DNA from: an uncultured delta proteobacterium
GTDB taxonomy: Bacteria; Desulfobacterota; Binatia; DP-6
Length of the DNA: 64,000 nt
Assembly: GCA_963713495.1 (NCBI GenBank)
Contig: CAVQLX010000015.1
Coordinates: forward strand, 72,738 to 136,737
Direction: 5' to 3'
In this document: in pieces, positions 12,657-21,555 of the stretch
Numbering within the stretch: position 1 is the stretch's first letter
Layout: every line of letters begins with the position of its first letter
Notes under the pieces: model-generated
The model's input: the letters and a program-made list of their open reading frames with translations, nothing else
Told to the model about the DNA's origin: nothing
Database searches by the model: none
Position numbers and translations under genes: made by a program

Positions 12657-12872
12657 TCAGCGCTCGCCGATGAGATACGTGGCGCCTTCGGCGCCGGCCG
12701 TCGCCGTGTGCACGGTGCCGCGCGGCAGCATCAGGCGATCGCCGGGACCGAGGCGCAGCTCGCCGCCCGCCGCAGCGAAGGCGATCTCGCCCGCGACCAC
12801 CCAGATGCTCTCGTCGTGGTCGTGGGCGTGCGGCGAGTAGGTCGCCGCCGGCCCGTCACTCCAGCGGAACAC
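12657..12872 (-). CDS. Small cupin-domain protein (71 aa, possibly N-terminally truncated)
   Basis: Both cupin motifs are present ([16 protein letters not shown] and [15 protein letters not shown]). Only 12 residues precede motif 1. GTG start, stop codon 45 codons upstream. Confidence 0.4.
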   Translation of the reverse strand: MFRWSDGPAATYSPHAHDHDESIWVVAGEIAFAAAGGELRLGPGDRLMLPRGTVHTATAGAEGATYLIGER

Positions 12873-12968
12873 GCTGAAGCCCTCGCGCTCGAGCTGGCTC
12901 CGCAGCGCGAGCCTCCGTGGGAGCGTCCGGACCCGGCCAGGCGATGCGCTCGAGCCGCACGGCCGAGC

Positions 12969-13511
12969 TCAGAGCACGCGGCGAATCGCGGCCGCCACGT
13001 CGTCGTCGCGGCCGGCGAAGAAGTGGTCCGCCTGCGGAATCGTGGTGAGCTCGACGCCGCCCGTGGTCACCAGCGCACGCGCACGATCCAGGGGACAGAA
13101 CCGATCGCGGTCCCCGACGATCACCGCGAGCGGAGCGCGCAGATCGCGCACGAACGTCCAGTCGAAGAACGCGAGGGGCGGCGCGACGGCGATCACCTGG
13201 CTCACGCCGGCGTCGTCACACGCGGCGCGGGCGCCCGCCCACGCGCCGAAGGAGTACCCGACGATCGCCAGCGGGGTCGCGGACGGCAGCATCGGGCGGA
13301 GCGCCGCAGCCGCCGCGGCGACGTCGCGGACCTCCTCCGGTCCTCCGCTGAACGCGCCGCCGCTCGAGCCGACGCCGGCGAAGTTGAAGCGCAGGGCGGC
13401 CCAGCCAGCATCCAGGCAGGCGCGGACTGCCGCCATGACCACCGGATTGTCCATGTCGCCACCGTACTCGGGATGCGGGTGGCACACGACGGCGCCGCCG
13501 CGAGGCGACAC
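12969..13511 (-). CDS. Alpha/beta hydrolase of the COG2945 family; annotated start likely too short
   Basis: AVVCHPHPEYGGDMDNPVV and VGYSFGA nucleophile elbow. The conserved N-terminal region (ERPLDVGAAPRLLEARLAEPP) continues in frame upstream of the first canonical start and would overlap the SCP2 gene. Confidence 0.6.
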   Translation of the reverse strand: MSPRGGAVVCHPHPEYGGDMDNPVVMAAVRACLDAGWAALRFNFAGVGSSGGAFSGGPEEVRDVAAAAAALRPMLPSATPLAIVGYSFGAWAGARAACDDAGVSQVIAVAPPLAFFDWTFVRDLRAPLAVIVGDRDRFCPLDRARALVTTGGVELTTIPQADHFFAGRDDDVAAAIRRVL

Positions 13512-13582
13512 GGGAGGTTCGGCGAGCCGCGCCTCGAGGAGCCGAGGCGCGGCGCCGACGTCGAGAGGCCGCTCGGACAGGG

Positions 13583-14155
13583 TCAGGCGGTGAGGGCCGC
13601 GACCTGCATCATGAAGGCCATGTCGCCCTCGATGCGCAGCCGGCCGGTCATGAACGCCTCCTGGCCGTTCAGCTTGCCCTCCTGCATGGCGACGAAATCG
13701 GCGAGCTTCATCTTGAGGATCGTGCGGGGCGTCGCCGCGCCGTTGAAGCTCATCTCCAGCTTGAACGGATCGCCGCCCTCGCGCGACAGCTCCTGCGCGA
13801 TCGTGCCCTTCAACGCCTTCGCGCGCCCGCTGTTGTCGGGGCGGCCGGGCCGGCTCGCGGGCAGCAGCAGCGCGGGCGCGGCGCCGTTGCGGCCGAGCAC
13901 GGCGTCGAGGAAATCGCTGGCCGCCAGCGTGAAGGTCAGCACGGCGTCGGCGGTGCCCTTCTTCGACGTCATGACGCCGTCCTTGATCTCGACGTGCCAG
14001 TCGCCGCCGCCGGCGCCGGTCACGTGATACTGCATGCTGAAGTCCTGCGGAACGGAGGCGCCCTCGGCCTTCTGCGCCGCGTAGCCTGCCGGAAGGAGCT
14101 GCTCGAAGAACTGCTCCGGGGTGACGTTTTCGGGTAGTGCCTGTTGCTCGGCCAT
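13583..14155 (-). CDS. SCP2 sterol-binding domain protein
   Basis: SCP2 fold signature ...NGQEAFMTGRLRIEGDMAFMMQV. Strong RBS GAGGAGG 8 nt upstream of the ATG at 14155. Confidence 0.8.
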   Translation of the reverse strand: MAEQQALPENVTPEQFFEQLLPAGYAAQKAEGASVPQDFSMQYHVTGAGGGDWHVEIKDGVMTSKKGTADAVLTFTLAASDFLDAVLGRNGAAPALLLPASRPGRPDNSGRAKALKGTIAQELSREGGDPFKLEMSFNGAATPRTILKMKLADFVAMQEGKLNGQEAFMTGRLRIEGDMAFMMQVAALTA

Positions 14156-14327
14156 GGTGTTCGGTCCTCCTCGATGTCCCGAGCGCCGCCCGGGGGGTGC
14201 GATCCCGCCCTTACTGCCATTCCTCGCGAGCCGGCGGCAATAGCGACCGGCTCATCCGCTCGACCGCCGCCGCGAACGGTGCCGTCGATGCGTGGAGCGG
14301 ACGGGCCGATCCTCCCGGGCGAGCGAC

Positions 14328-14561
14328 CTAGACGGGCTCGCGCAGCTTCGCTTCGAGCTCCGGTAGCCAGGCGTCCAGACCCACCTCGGACTCCACCACG
14401 ATCTCGAGCTTGCCATTCGGCAACCGCCGCACACCGCCCGGATGCGCCGGCTTCAGCGGGATGATCACCGCCTCGCGCGAGATCCCGAGCCGGTCCAGGA
14501 TCTCGAAGACGCGCTCGATGACGGGAAGCGTGACGGCGGCGAGCGGCGGCATCGCGTTCAC
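14328..14561 (-). CDS. Hypothetical small protein (77 aa)
   Basis: Intact ORF with GC3-rich codon usage between the crotonase and SCP2 genes. No recognisable motif. Confidence 0.35.
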   Translation of the reverse strand: MNAMPPLAAVTLPVIERVFEILDRLGISREAVIIPLKPAHPGGVRRLPNGKLEIVVESEVGLDAWLPELEAKLREPV

Positions 14562-14607
14562 TCGCCCCCCATGACGGGCTTCACCTTCGTCATGACCGAT
14601 CTCCTCG

Positions 14608-15432
14608 TCAGCTCCGCAGTCGCGAGAACTTCGGCGGCCGCTTCTCGAGGAATGCCACGACGCCCTCGCGGAAGTCGGGACGCCGGAAGCTCTCCAGCAT
14701 GAGCCCGATCGCTTCCTGCTCCGCCCCGTCGAGCGCGCCGGTCCAGTGCTGCCAGACCTGCCGCTTCATGATCGCCATGGACGCCGGCGAGCAGTTGGCC
14801 GCGAGATCCTCGACGTACTCGCGCACGAACGGGAGCAGCTCGTCGTGCGGGATCACGCGATTCACCAGCCCCACGCGCGCGGCCTCGGCGGCGTCGATGC
14901 GGCGGGCGGAGAAGAGCAGGTCGAGCGCGTGCGCGGTGCCGACCAGACGCGGGAGCAGCCAGCTGACCCCCCACTCCGCGACCAGCCCGCGACGCGAGAA
15001 CGACGTCGTGAAGCTCGCGCGATCCGACGCGAAGCGCAGGTCGCACGCGAGCGCGATCGGCACGGCCATGCCGGCGACGGGCCCGTTGACGGCGGCGATG
15101 ACCGGTTTTCGCACCGACGCGATGTAGGTGTACGTGCCGCGGAACGACGCCATGTCCGGATCACCGGGATCCGCGTCGAGCTCGGCGGGCGTATTCGCCT
15201 GCCGGCCGCCCTCGCTGATGCTCTTCAGATCGTTCAGGTCGGCGCCGGCGCAGAAGCCCCGGCCGGCGCCCGTGAGGACGATGGCGACGACGTCGCCGTC
15301 GGCCTCCGCGCGGGCCAGGGCGTGCTTCACCTCGGCGCCCATGCGGGTGGTCCACGCGTTCAGGACCTGCGGACGGTTCAACGTGATCGTCGCGACCGGG
15401 TCGGCCACGTCGTAGCTGATCTCCTGGTACAT
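14608..15432 (-). CDS. Enoyl-CoA hydratase/isomerase (crotonase family)
   Basis: Oxyanion-hole and CoA-binding motifs VLTGAGRGFCAGADL and AAVNGPVAGMAVPIALACD. 274 aa. Confidence 0.85.
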   Translation of the reverse strand: MYQEISYDVADPVATITLNRPQVLNAWTTRMGAEVKHALARAEADGDVVAIVLTGAGRGFCAGADLNDLKSISEGGRQANTPAELDADPGDPDMASFRGTYTYIASVRKPVIAAVNGPVAGMAVPIALACDLRFASDRASFTTSFSRRGLVAEWGVSWLLPRLVGTAHALDLLFSARRIDAAEAARVGLVNRVIPHDELLPFVREYVEDLAANCSPASMAIMKRQVWQHWTGALDGAEQEAIGLMLESFRRPDFREGVVAFLEKRPPKFSRLRS

Positions 15433-15532
15433 GCGGTCTCCTCGCGCGCCCGGTGGGGCGCCGCAAACCCGTAGTCCACCGGCGGCCGGACGACAAGACG
15501 CGGACGGCGATGGCGGTCCGCCGAGACCTCTT

Positions 15533-15551
15533 GAAATTGATTTTCAATTTC
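15533..15551. promoter_or_regulatory. Perfect 8-bp inverted repeat GAAATTGA-ttt-TCAATTTC in an AT-rich island between divergent genes; candidate repressor operator overlapping a TTGAAA -35-like box
   Basis: Read directly in the sequence. About 30 bp are AT-rich in a roughly 70% GC genome, centred in the 153-bp divergent intergenic region between the crotonase and methyltransferase genes. Confidence 0.4.
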
Positions 15552-15585
15552 GATATGCCCAGCGATCGAGAGGAGGGAACGACCC

Positions 15586-16201
15586 GTGAACTGGATTCCG
15601 CTGATCGGCGTGGTGCTCTTCGTGGGACTCGGAGTGGGCTGGCGCTCGTGGCTGCAGCGGCGCCGCCACGGCTCGTACGGGAATCGCGCTGTTCCGCTCG
15701 GGCGACCTGGCGCAGCACGTCCGGGAGGCCGGCATCCTGGTGCTGGTGCCCCTGCTGGCGGCCGAGGCGATTGCATGCGCCGTCGCGCCGGGCTCCCTGG
15801 AGCGGTTTCGCATCGCGCCGTCGACGCCGGTGATGCAGGGTCTCGGCGCGATCGTCCTCTTCGCCGGGGTCGCCCTCATGGTCGTCGCCCAGCTCGAGCT
15901 CGGGGCGTCCTGGCGCATCGGCATCGAGCAGGACGCACGGCCCGGTCTCGTGGCGCGCGGCCTGTACCGCTTCTGCCGGAACCCGATCTTCCTGGCGATG
16001 CTCGCGGTGCTGCTGGGATTCGCGCTCCTGGTCCCGACGTGGCCGTCGGTCGTCGCGCTGCTCGGCACGTACGTCGGGATTCGCGGCGCGATCGGGGCCG
16101 AGGAGCGCTACCTGCTGCGCGCGTACGGCGGCCACTACGCCGCGTACGCCGCCCGCGTCGGCCGCTTCGTGCCGCACGTCGGCCGGCTGGCGGTACGTTG
16201 A
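15586..16201 (+). pseudogene. Isoprenylcysteine carboxyl methyltransferase (ICMT/PEMT) family membrane methyltransferase, disrupted by an apparent 1-nt insertion near 15682
   Basis: N-terminus (MNWIPLIGVVLFVGLGVGWRSWLQRRRHGSYG) is in frame 1 after an RBS GAGGAGGG. The rest (GIALFRSGDL...RNPIFLAML...EERYLLRAYGGHYAAYAARV) is in frame 2. Removing one A at GGGAATCGC restores a continuous ...YGIALF... protein. Confidence 0.6.
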
Positions 16202-16208
16202 TGGCCGC

Positions 16209-17024
16209 TCAGTGGACCTCGCCGCCGCCGGCGACGGTGAGGGTGATGCCGGTCACGTTCTCGGCTCGGCAGAGATAGACCGCCGCGTCGCCGATCTCCG
16301 CGGGAGTCTGCTCGCGCTTCAGGTAGGTCGAGCGCTGCACGAAGTCCTCGAACACGCGCTCGACGGGAACGCCGCTCATTCCGGCGAGCACGGGATTCAG
16401 CACTTCCGTCCACATCGCCGTCTGGATGTAGCCGGGACAGAGCGCGTTCACCGACACGTTCACCGGACCGAGCTCCTCGGCGAGCGCCTGCGTGAGGGAG
16501 ATGACCGCGGACTTCGACGCGCAGTAGGCCGACAGCCCACCCCGTCCGGTCTTCCCCGCGACGGATGCCACGTTCACGATGCGACCTCCGCCACGGCTCA
16601 CGAGCAGCGGAATCGCCGCGCGCGCGCACAGGAAGACGCCCTTCACGTTGACCGCGAAGATGCGGTCCCACGTGGCCTCGTCCATCGCGGCGACCGGCGC
16701 CGCGGCGATGATGCCCGCGTTCGCCACCAGGACATCGAGGCCGCCGAAGTGTGACACGACCTCCGCCATCAGCCGCTCGACGTCCGCTGCCGCCGTGACG
16801 TCGGCCACGACGGCGGCGCAGCGCCTGCCCGTCGCGCCCACCGCGGCGACGGTCGCCGCGAGATCGTCGCTCGACGCGAGCCGGTATGGCGTGACGCCGT
16901 CGGCCGACCGCCCCACGTCCGACACGACGACGTCACAGCCCGCGCCGGCGAGCGCCACCGCGATGGCCCGTCCGAGCCCGCGCGCCGCGCCGGTGACGAC
17001 GGCAACCTTTCCGGTGAGCTCCAT
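16209..17024 (-). CDS. SDR family NAD(P)-dependent oxidoreductase
   Basis: TGAARGLG Rossmann motif, catalytic S...YCASK. Confidence 0.85.
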   Translation of the reverse strand: MELTGKVAVVTGAARGLGRAIAVALAGAGCDVVVSDVGRSADGVTPYRLASSDDLAATVAAVGATGRRCAAVVADVTAAADVERLMAEVVSHFGGLDVLVANAGIIAAAPVAAMDEATWDRIFAVNVKGVFLCARAAIPLLVSRGGGRIVNVASVAGKTGRGGLSAYCASKSAVISLTQALAEELGPVNVSVNALCPGYIQTAMWTEVLNPVLAGMSGVPVERVFEDFVQRSTYLKREQTPAEIGDAAVYLCRAENVTGITLTVAGGGEVH

Positions 17025-17123
17025 CGCGGTGGCATACGCCCGCGCGCAGCGACAGGTCCAGTGGCGTCGAGCGGCGTCGCGCTACGCTCCGCCGCACCGA
17101 CGACCTGCATGCCCGGTCTTCGC

Positions 17124-18293
17124 TCAGCGGATCGCGTCGAGCCCCGTGATGTCGCGTCCCACGATCAGCGTGTGCATGTCATACGTGCCCTCGTAGGTGT
17201 TCACGGTCTCGAGATTCATCATGTGCCGGATCACGGGATACTCGTTCACGATGCCGCTCGCGCCCAGCACGTCGCGGGCGAGGCGGGCGATCTCGAGCGC
17301 GTGGCCGACGTTGTTGCGCTTCGCGAGCGACACCTGCTCGGGCCGCACCTGCCCGGCGTCCTTCAGCTGGCCCAGTCGCAAGGCAAGCAGCTGCCCCTTC
17401 GTGATCTCGTTCACCATGTGCACGAGCTTCGCCTGCACGAGCTGGAAGCTCGCCAGCGGCTTGCCGAACTGCGTTCGCGTCTGCCCGTAGCGCAGCGCCG
17501 TCAGGTAGCAGGTGCGCGCCGAGCCGATGGCGCCCCACACGATGCCGTAGCGCGCCTGGTTCAGGCACGAGAACGGACCCGCTAGCCCCTGCGCTCCGGG
17601 AAGCTGGCTCGACGCCGGGATACGCACGTCCTCGAGCACCAGCTCCGACGTGATGGACGCGCGCAGCGAGAACTTCCCCTTGATGTCGTGGGTCGAGAAG
17701 CCAGGCGTGCCGCGCTCCACCAGGAAGCCGCGGATCACGCCCTCGTCGTCCTTCGCCCAGACGGTGGCGACGTCGGAGATGGAGCCGTTCGTGATCCAGC
17801 GCTTCGTGCCGCTCAAGACCCAGTGCCCGCCGTCGCGCCGGGCCCGGGTCTCCATGCCGCCGGGGTCCGATCCGTGGTCCGGCTCGGTGAGCCCGAAGCA
17901 GCCGATCGCACGCCCCGCAGCCATCTCGGGCAGCCAGCGACGCTTGTGCTCCTCGCTTCCCCAGCGCCAGATGCTGTACATCGCCAGCGAGCCCTGGACC
18001 GACGCCATCGAGCGCAGGCCGGAGTCGCCCGCCTCCAGCTCCTGGCAGATCAGGCCGTAGGCCACCGCGGACAGGCCGGCGCAGCCGTAGCCCTTCAGGT
18101 GCGCTCCGAACAACCCGAGCTCGCCCATGCGCGGGATGAGCTGGCGCGGGAATTCCTCTCGCGCGTGGCAGGCCTCGATGAGCGGCATCGCCTCGCGCTC
18201 GACGAAGCTCCGCACCGTCGCGGCGGTCATGCGCTCCTCCGGCGCGAGGAGATCGTCGATCCGGTAGTAGTCCACGTCGTTCGTGCTCGTCAT
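17124..18293 (-). CDS. gcdH: Glutaryl-CoA dehydrogenase-like acyl-CoA dehydrogenase
   Basis: N-terminal DYYRIDDLLAPEE, middle domain GCFGLTEPDHGSDPGGMET, C-terminal YEGTYDMHTLIVGRDITG. Confidence 0.85.
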   Translation of the reverse strand: MTSTNDVDYYRIDDLLAPEERMTAATVRSFVEREAMPLIEACHAREEFPRQLIPRMGELGLFGAHLKGYGCAGLSAVAYGLICQELEAGDSGLRSMASVQGSLAMYSIWRWGSEEHKRRWLPEMAAGRAIGCFGLTEPDHGSDPGGMETRARRDGGHWVLSGTKRWITNGSISDVATVWAKDDEGVIRGFLVERGTPGFSTHDIKGKFSLRASITSELVLEDVRIPASSQLPGAQGLAGPFSCLNQARYGIVWGAIGSARTCYLTALRYGQTRTQFGKPLASFQLVQAKLVHMVNEITKGQLLALRLGQLKDAGQVRPEQVSLAKRNNVGHALEIARLARDVLGASGIVNEYPVIRHMMNLETVNTYEGTYDMHTLIVGRDITGLDAIR

Positions 18294-18379
18294 GTCGCGT
18301 CCTCCCGAGCGCCAGGTTGCAAGGACCCGGAGCGCTCCCTATGAGGGGGCCTCACGCTCCGCTGCCTACCCATTAGAAA

Positions 18380-19259
18380 ATGCACCTGGAAACCCTCAAG
18401 GTGTTCTGTGACGTGGTGGAGACGCAAGAGCTTCTCCGCCGCGGCGTCGCAGAACTTTGTCACGCAGTCGGCCGTCAGCCAACAGGTCCGGATGCTGGAG
18501 GATCGCTGGGGCCGGCGGCTCCTCGAGCGCACCCGCGGCAACGTCCGACTCACCCCTGCCGGCGACATCCTCTACCAGGCCAGCAAGGACATCGTGCAGC
18601 GCTTCCAGGAGATGGAGGGACAGCTCCAGGCATCGGCGAACGTGGTCAGCGGCACGGTCCGCGTCGCGACGGTGCATTCCGTCGGTCTGTACGAGCTGTC
18701 GGCATCGCTCAAGCGCTACCTGAAGGCCTTCCCCCAGGTCCAGCTCCGGCTCGAGTACAGCCGCTCGAGCAAGATCTACGACGACGCCGTGCGCGGCCAC
18801 ATCGATCTCGGGATCGTGGCCTTCCCGACCCGGCGGCCCGGCATCACGGTCATCTCCTTCCGCCAGGACCGCCTGGTGCTGGTCACGCCACCCGGACATC
18901 CCCTCGCCCGGCACCGGACCGTGGCGGTGCGGAAGCTCGCGGGCGAGCCGCTGGTCGGCTTCGAGCGCGACATCCCGACGCGCAAGGAGACCGATCGCCT
19001 GCTGCGCAAGCACGGCGTCGAGGTCCGCTACATCATGGAGCTCGACAACGTCGAGACGATCAAGCAGGTGGTCGAGATCGGTCACGGCGTCGCCATCCTG
19101 CCGGAGCCGGCCATCCGGCCCGAGGTGAAGCAGAAGTCGCTCGCGGTGGTGCAGCTGGCCGACGAGGTACTGTTCCGGCCGCTCGGCATCATCCATCGCC
19201 AGGGCAAGCACTTCTCACCGGCGGCCGAGAAGTTCATAGAGTATCTTCGAGCAGAATGA
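18380..19259 (+). pseudogene. LysR family transcriptional regulator (GcdR-like, divergent from gcdH), apparent 1-nt deletion near 18427
   Basis: HTH start MHLETLKVFCDVVETQ in frame 2, continuation SFSAAASQNFVTQSAVSQQVRMLEDRWGRRLLERTRG plus the full substrate-binding domain in frame 0. One missing base within a codon after ETQ joins the two. Confidence 0.65.
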
Positions 19260-20371
19260 GCGTGTGGCGGCGGGCGGCGGTTCTCCTGGCGGTGGTGGTG
19301 GCGGCGGCTGGCTGCGGCCGCACGCGTGTGCCGAGCGGCGTGCCGGCCACGCCCTCGGCGTGCGTCCGCCTGCAGAGCGAGCGGCAGGTACGCGGCGAGA
19401 GGCTGTGCGAGGACGCCTTCTCCTGCTACCTGCCGCCGAACGGCGAATCGGACCGCATCGGCTTGCGCCGCCTGGCTCCGTGCAACGGCGGCGGCGGCCC
19501 CGTCGTGCTCTACTTCCCGGGCATGTTCATGAACGGCGAGATCTCCGGGACGAGCGCCAACTACGATCTGCGCCTCTATCTCGCGCAGGCGGGCTTTCGC
19601 ATCTGGAGCCTCGACTACCGGACGCACGCGGTCCCCGCGAACGCCAGTCCCCAGCAGCTCCAGACGCTCTCCGCCTGGACGCGCGACACATTCCTCCAGG
19701 ACGCGGAGTGGGCGGCCACCTTCGTCCGCGGTGTGGACCCGGGGCCGCTCTTCCTCGCCGGCTTCAGCTATGGAGCCGGGATCGCGTACGGCCTCGTCTC
19801 GCGCGGCAACCAGCCGGTCGAGGGACTGATCATCCTCGACGGCGTGCCGGGCGGCAGCAGCTTCCCGCCGGAAGGCGGAGGCGCCGCCATCGACGTCGCG
19901 GGCAGCCAGATGTCGTTTGCCGACCGGGAGGCGCTGCTGCGCGCCGTCATCAAGAGCCCGAACAATCCCTCCCCGGTCGGTGGCGGGACGGCGGGGGCCG
20001 CGCTCGGGCAGATCCTCTTTTCCGCGCCGTCCTACGGCGGACAGGGCGGCCTCAGCGCCGCGCGCGACGGCGTGAGCGACATCCGGGTCGTCGCGCTGCT
20101 GCTCGACAGCTACGACCGCTGGTGGCCCCGCGCCGCGCTCGAGGGCCCGGCCAAGGGACCGTACAAGAGGCTTCCGGTGCTGGCCTTCGCCTCGGAGAAC
20201 ATGGGGCCGGCCTGGGTCGCGCGCGTGAAGAAGGGCGCGGACGAGTTCGGCGGCGACCATGCCGTCGTGAAGACGCTCCCGCTGCACGGCCACCTGGACG
20301 TGCTGGTCGGACGCCTCGCCTCGTCCGAGGTGTTCGAGCCGATCAGGCGCTGGCTCAGCGGTCCCCGGTAG
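19256..20371 (+). CDS. Alpha/beta hydrolase lipoprotein
   Basis: Lipoprotein signal MSVWRRAAVLLAVVVAAAGC. The ATG overlaps the LysR stop (aATGa). GFSYGAG nucleophile elbow. Confidence 0.7.
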   Translation: MSVWRRAAVLLAVVVAAAGCGRTRVPSGVPATPSACVRLQSERQVRGERLCEDAFSCYLPPNGESDRIGLRRLAPCNGGGGPVVLYFPGMFMNGEISGTSANYDLRLYLAQAGFRIWSLDYRTHAVPANASPQQLQTLSAWTRDTFLQDAEWAATFVRGVDPGPLFLAGFSYGAGIAYGLVSRGNQPVEGLIILDGVPGGSSFPPEGGGAAIDVAGSQMSFADREALLRAVIKSPNNPSPVGGGTAGAALGQILFSAPSYGGQGGLSAARDGVSDIRVVALLLDSYDRWWPRAALEGPAKGPYKRLPVLAFASENMGPAWVARVKKGADEFGGDHAVVKTLPLHGHLDVLVGRLASSEVFEPIRRWLSGPR

Positions 20372-20436
20372 ACCGGCCGTCGCGCAGCCTCGCCGTCAAT
20401 TGACTGGCCGGCGGGCTGCGGGTACTTCACGTCCCC

Positions 20437-21519
20437 ATGCGCAAGCGGCGCGTCGCGGTCGTCGGTGCGACCGGCATCGCCGGTCAGGAAGCCCTGGTTG
20501 CCCTCGCGGACCATCCCTGGTTCGAGGTGACGACCGTGGCCGCCTCCGCGCGCACCGCGGGGCGGCCGTATCGCGACGCCATCCGCGACAAGAGCGGCGC
20601 CCGGCAGTGGTGGTGTCGCGAGGAGCCGTCCGAGGCCGTGCTCGACCTGCGGGTCGTCGACGCTTCCACGCTCGACCCCGGCTCGGTCGACCTCGTCTTC
20701 TCCCTCATCGAGTCGGACGCCGCGCGCGAGCTGGAGCCGCGCTTCGCGATCGCCGTGCCCACGCTCAGCAGCGCGTCGGCGTATCGCTACGAAGCCGACA
20801 TGCCGATCGTCGTGCCGGGTGTGAACATGGTGTCGCACCTGCCGCTCATCGAGCATCAGCGGCGCAAGCGCGGGTGGAAGGGCTATCTGCTCCCGCAATC
20901 GAACTGCACCGTCGTCGGGCTCGTCGTGTCGCTCAAGCCGCTGGTCGACGCCTTCGGCGTCCGCCGCGTGCTCCTCACCACGATGCAGGGCATCTCGGGC
21001 GCGGGACGCGCCGGCGGCGTGCTCGGGCTCGACATGCTCGACAACCTGATCCCCTACATTCCGAAGGAAGAGGAGAAGGTCGCGGCGGAGGCGGGCAAGA
21101 TCCTGGGACGGCTCGTGGAGGGCGGCATCGAGCCGTACCCCGCGCCGGTCGGGTCCACCTGCACGCGCGCCGCGGTGATCGACGGGCACACCGCCGCGGT
21201 CACGATCGAGACGGAGCGGCCCTGCGATCCGGCCACGGCGGCCGAGGCGATGCGCGCCTTCCGGGGCGACTACGGTGGGCTCGACCTTCCGAGCGCACCG
21301 CGACGGCCCATCATCGTCCACGACGATCCCTTCCGTCCGCAGCCCCGGCTCGATCGCGACGCCGAGGGCGGCATGGCGACCAGCGTCGGACGGCTGCGAC
21401 CGGAGCCCGCGCTGACGAACGGCCTCACGTACGTGGCCCTGTCGCACAACGCGAAGCTGGGCGCGGCGAAGGGGCTCGTGTTGCTGGCCGAGTACCTGGC
21501 ACAGACCGGCCAGCTCTAG
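20437..21519 (+). CDS. asd: Aspartate-semialdehyde dehydrogenase (short non-E. coli type)
   Basis: VAVVGATGIAGQE NAD-binding motif, active-site SNCTVVGLV. 360 aa. Confidence 0.8.
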   Translation: MRKRRVAVVGATGIAGQEALVALADHPWFEVTTVAASARTAGRPYRDAIRDKSGARQWWCREEPSEAVLDLRVVDASTLDPGSVDLVFSLIESDAARELEPRFAIAVPTLSSASAYRYEADMPIVVPGVNMVSHLPLIEHQRRKRGWKGYLLPQSNCTVVGLVVSLKPLVDAFGVRRVLLTTMQGISGAGRAGGVLGLDMLDNLIPYIPKEEEKVAAEAGKILGRLVEGGIEPYPAPVGSTCTRAAVIDGHTAAVTIETERPCDPATAAEAMRAFRGDYGGLDLPSAPRRPIIVHDDPFRPQPRLDRDAEGGMATSVGRLRPEPALTNGLTYVALSHNAKLGAAKGLVLLAEYLAQTGQL

Positions 21520-21555
21520 CGCGACGCGCGCGTCGTCTCGAGGGACCCGGCACGG

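Noticed and set aside
11038-12840. 600-aa plus-strand ORF antisense to cstA
   Set aside because: His/Arg/Asp/Glu-rich low-complexity product, antisense to an 18-TM transporter gene.
12540-14027. 495-aa plus-strand ORF across cupin/hydrolase/SCP2 genes
   Set aside because: Antisense to three minus-strand genes that have motifs and an RBS. Composition is artefactual.
14156-14327. Hairpin GAGCCGG...CCGGCTC downstream of the small ORF as an intrinsic terminator
   Set aside because: Not followed by a U-rich tract on the transcribed strand. It more likely belongs to the SCP2 gene leader or is fortuitous.
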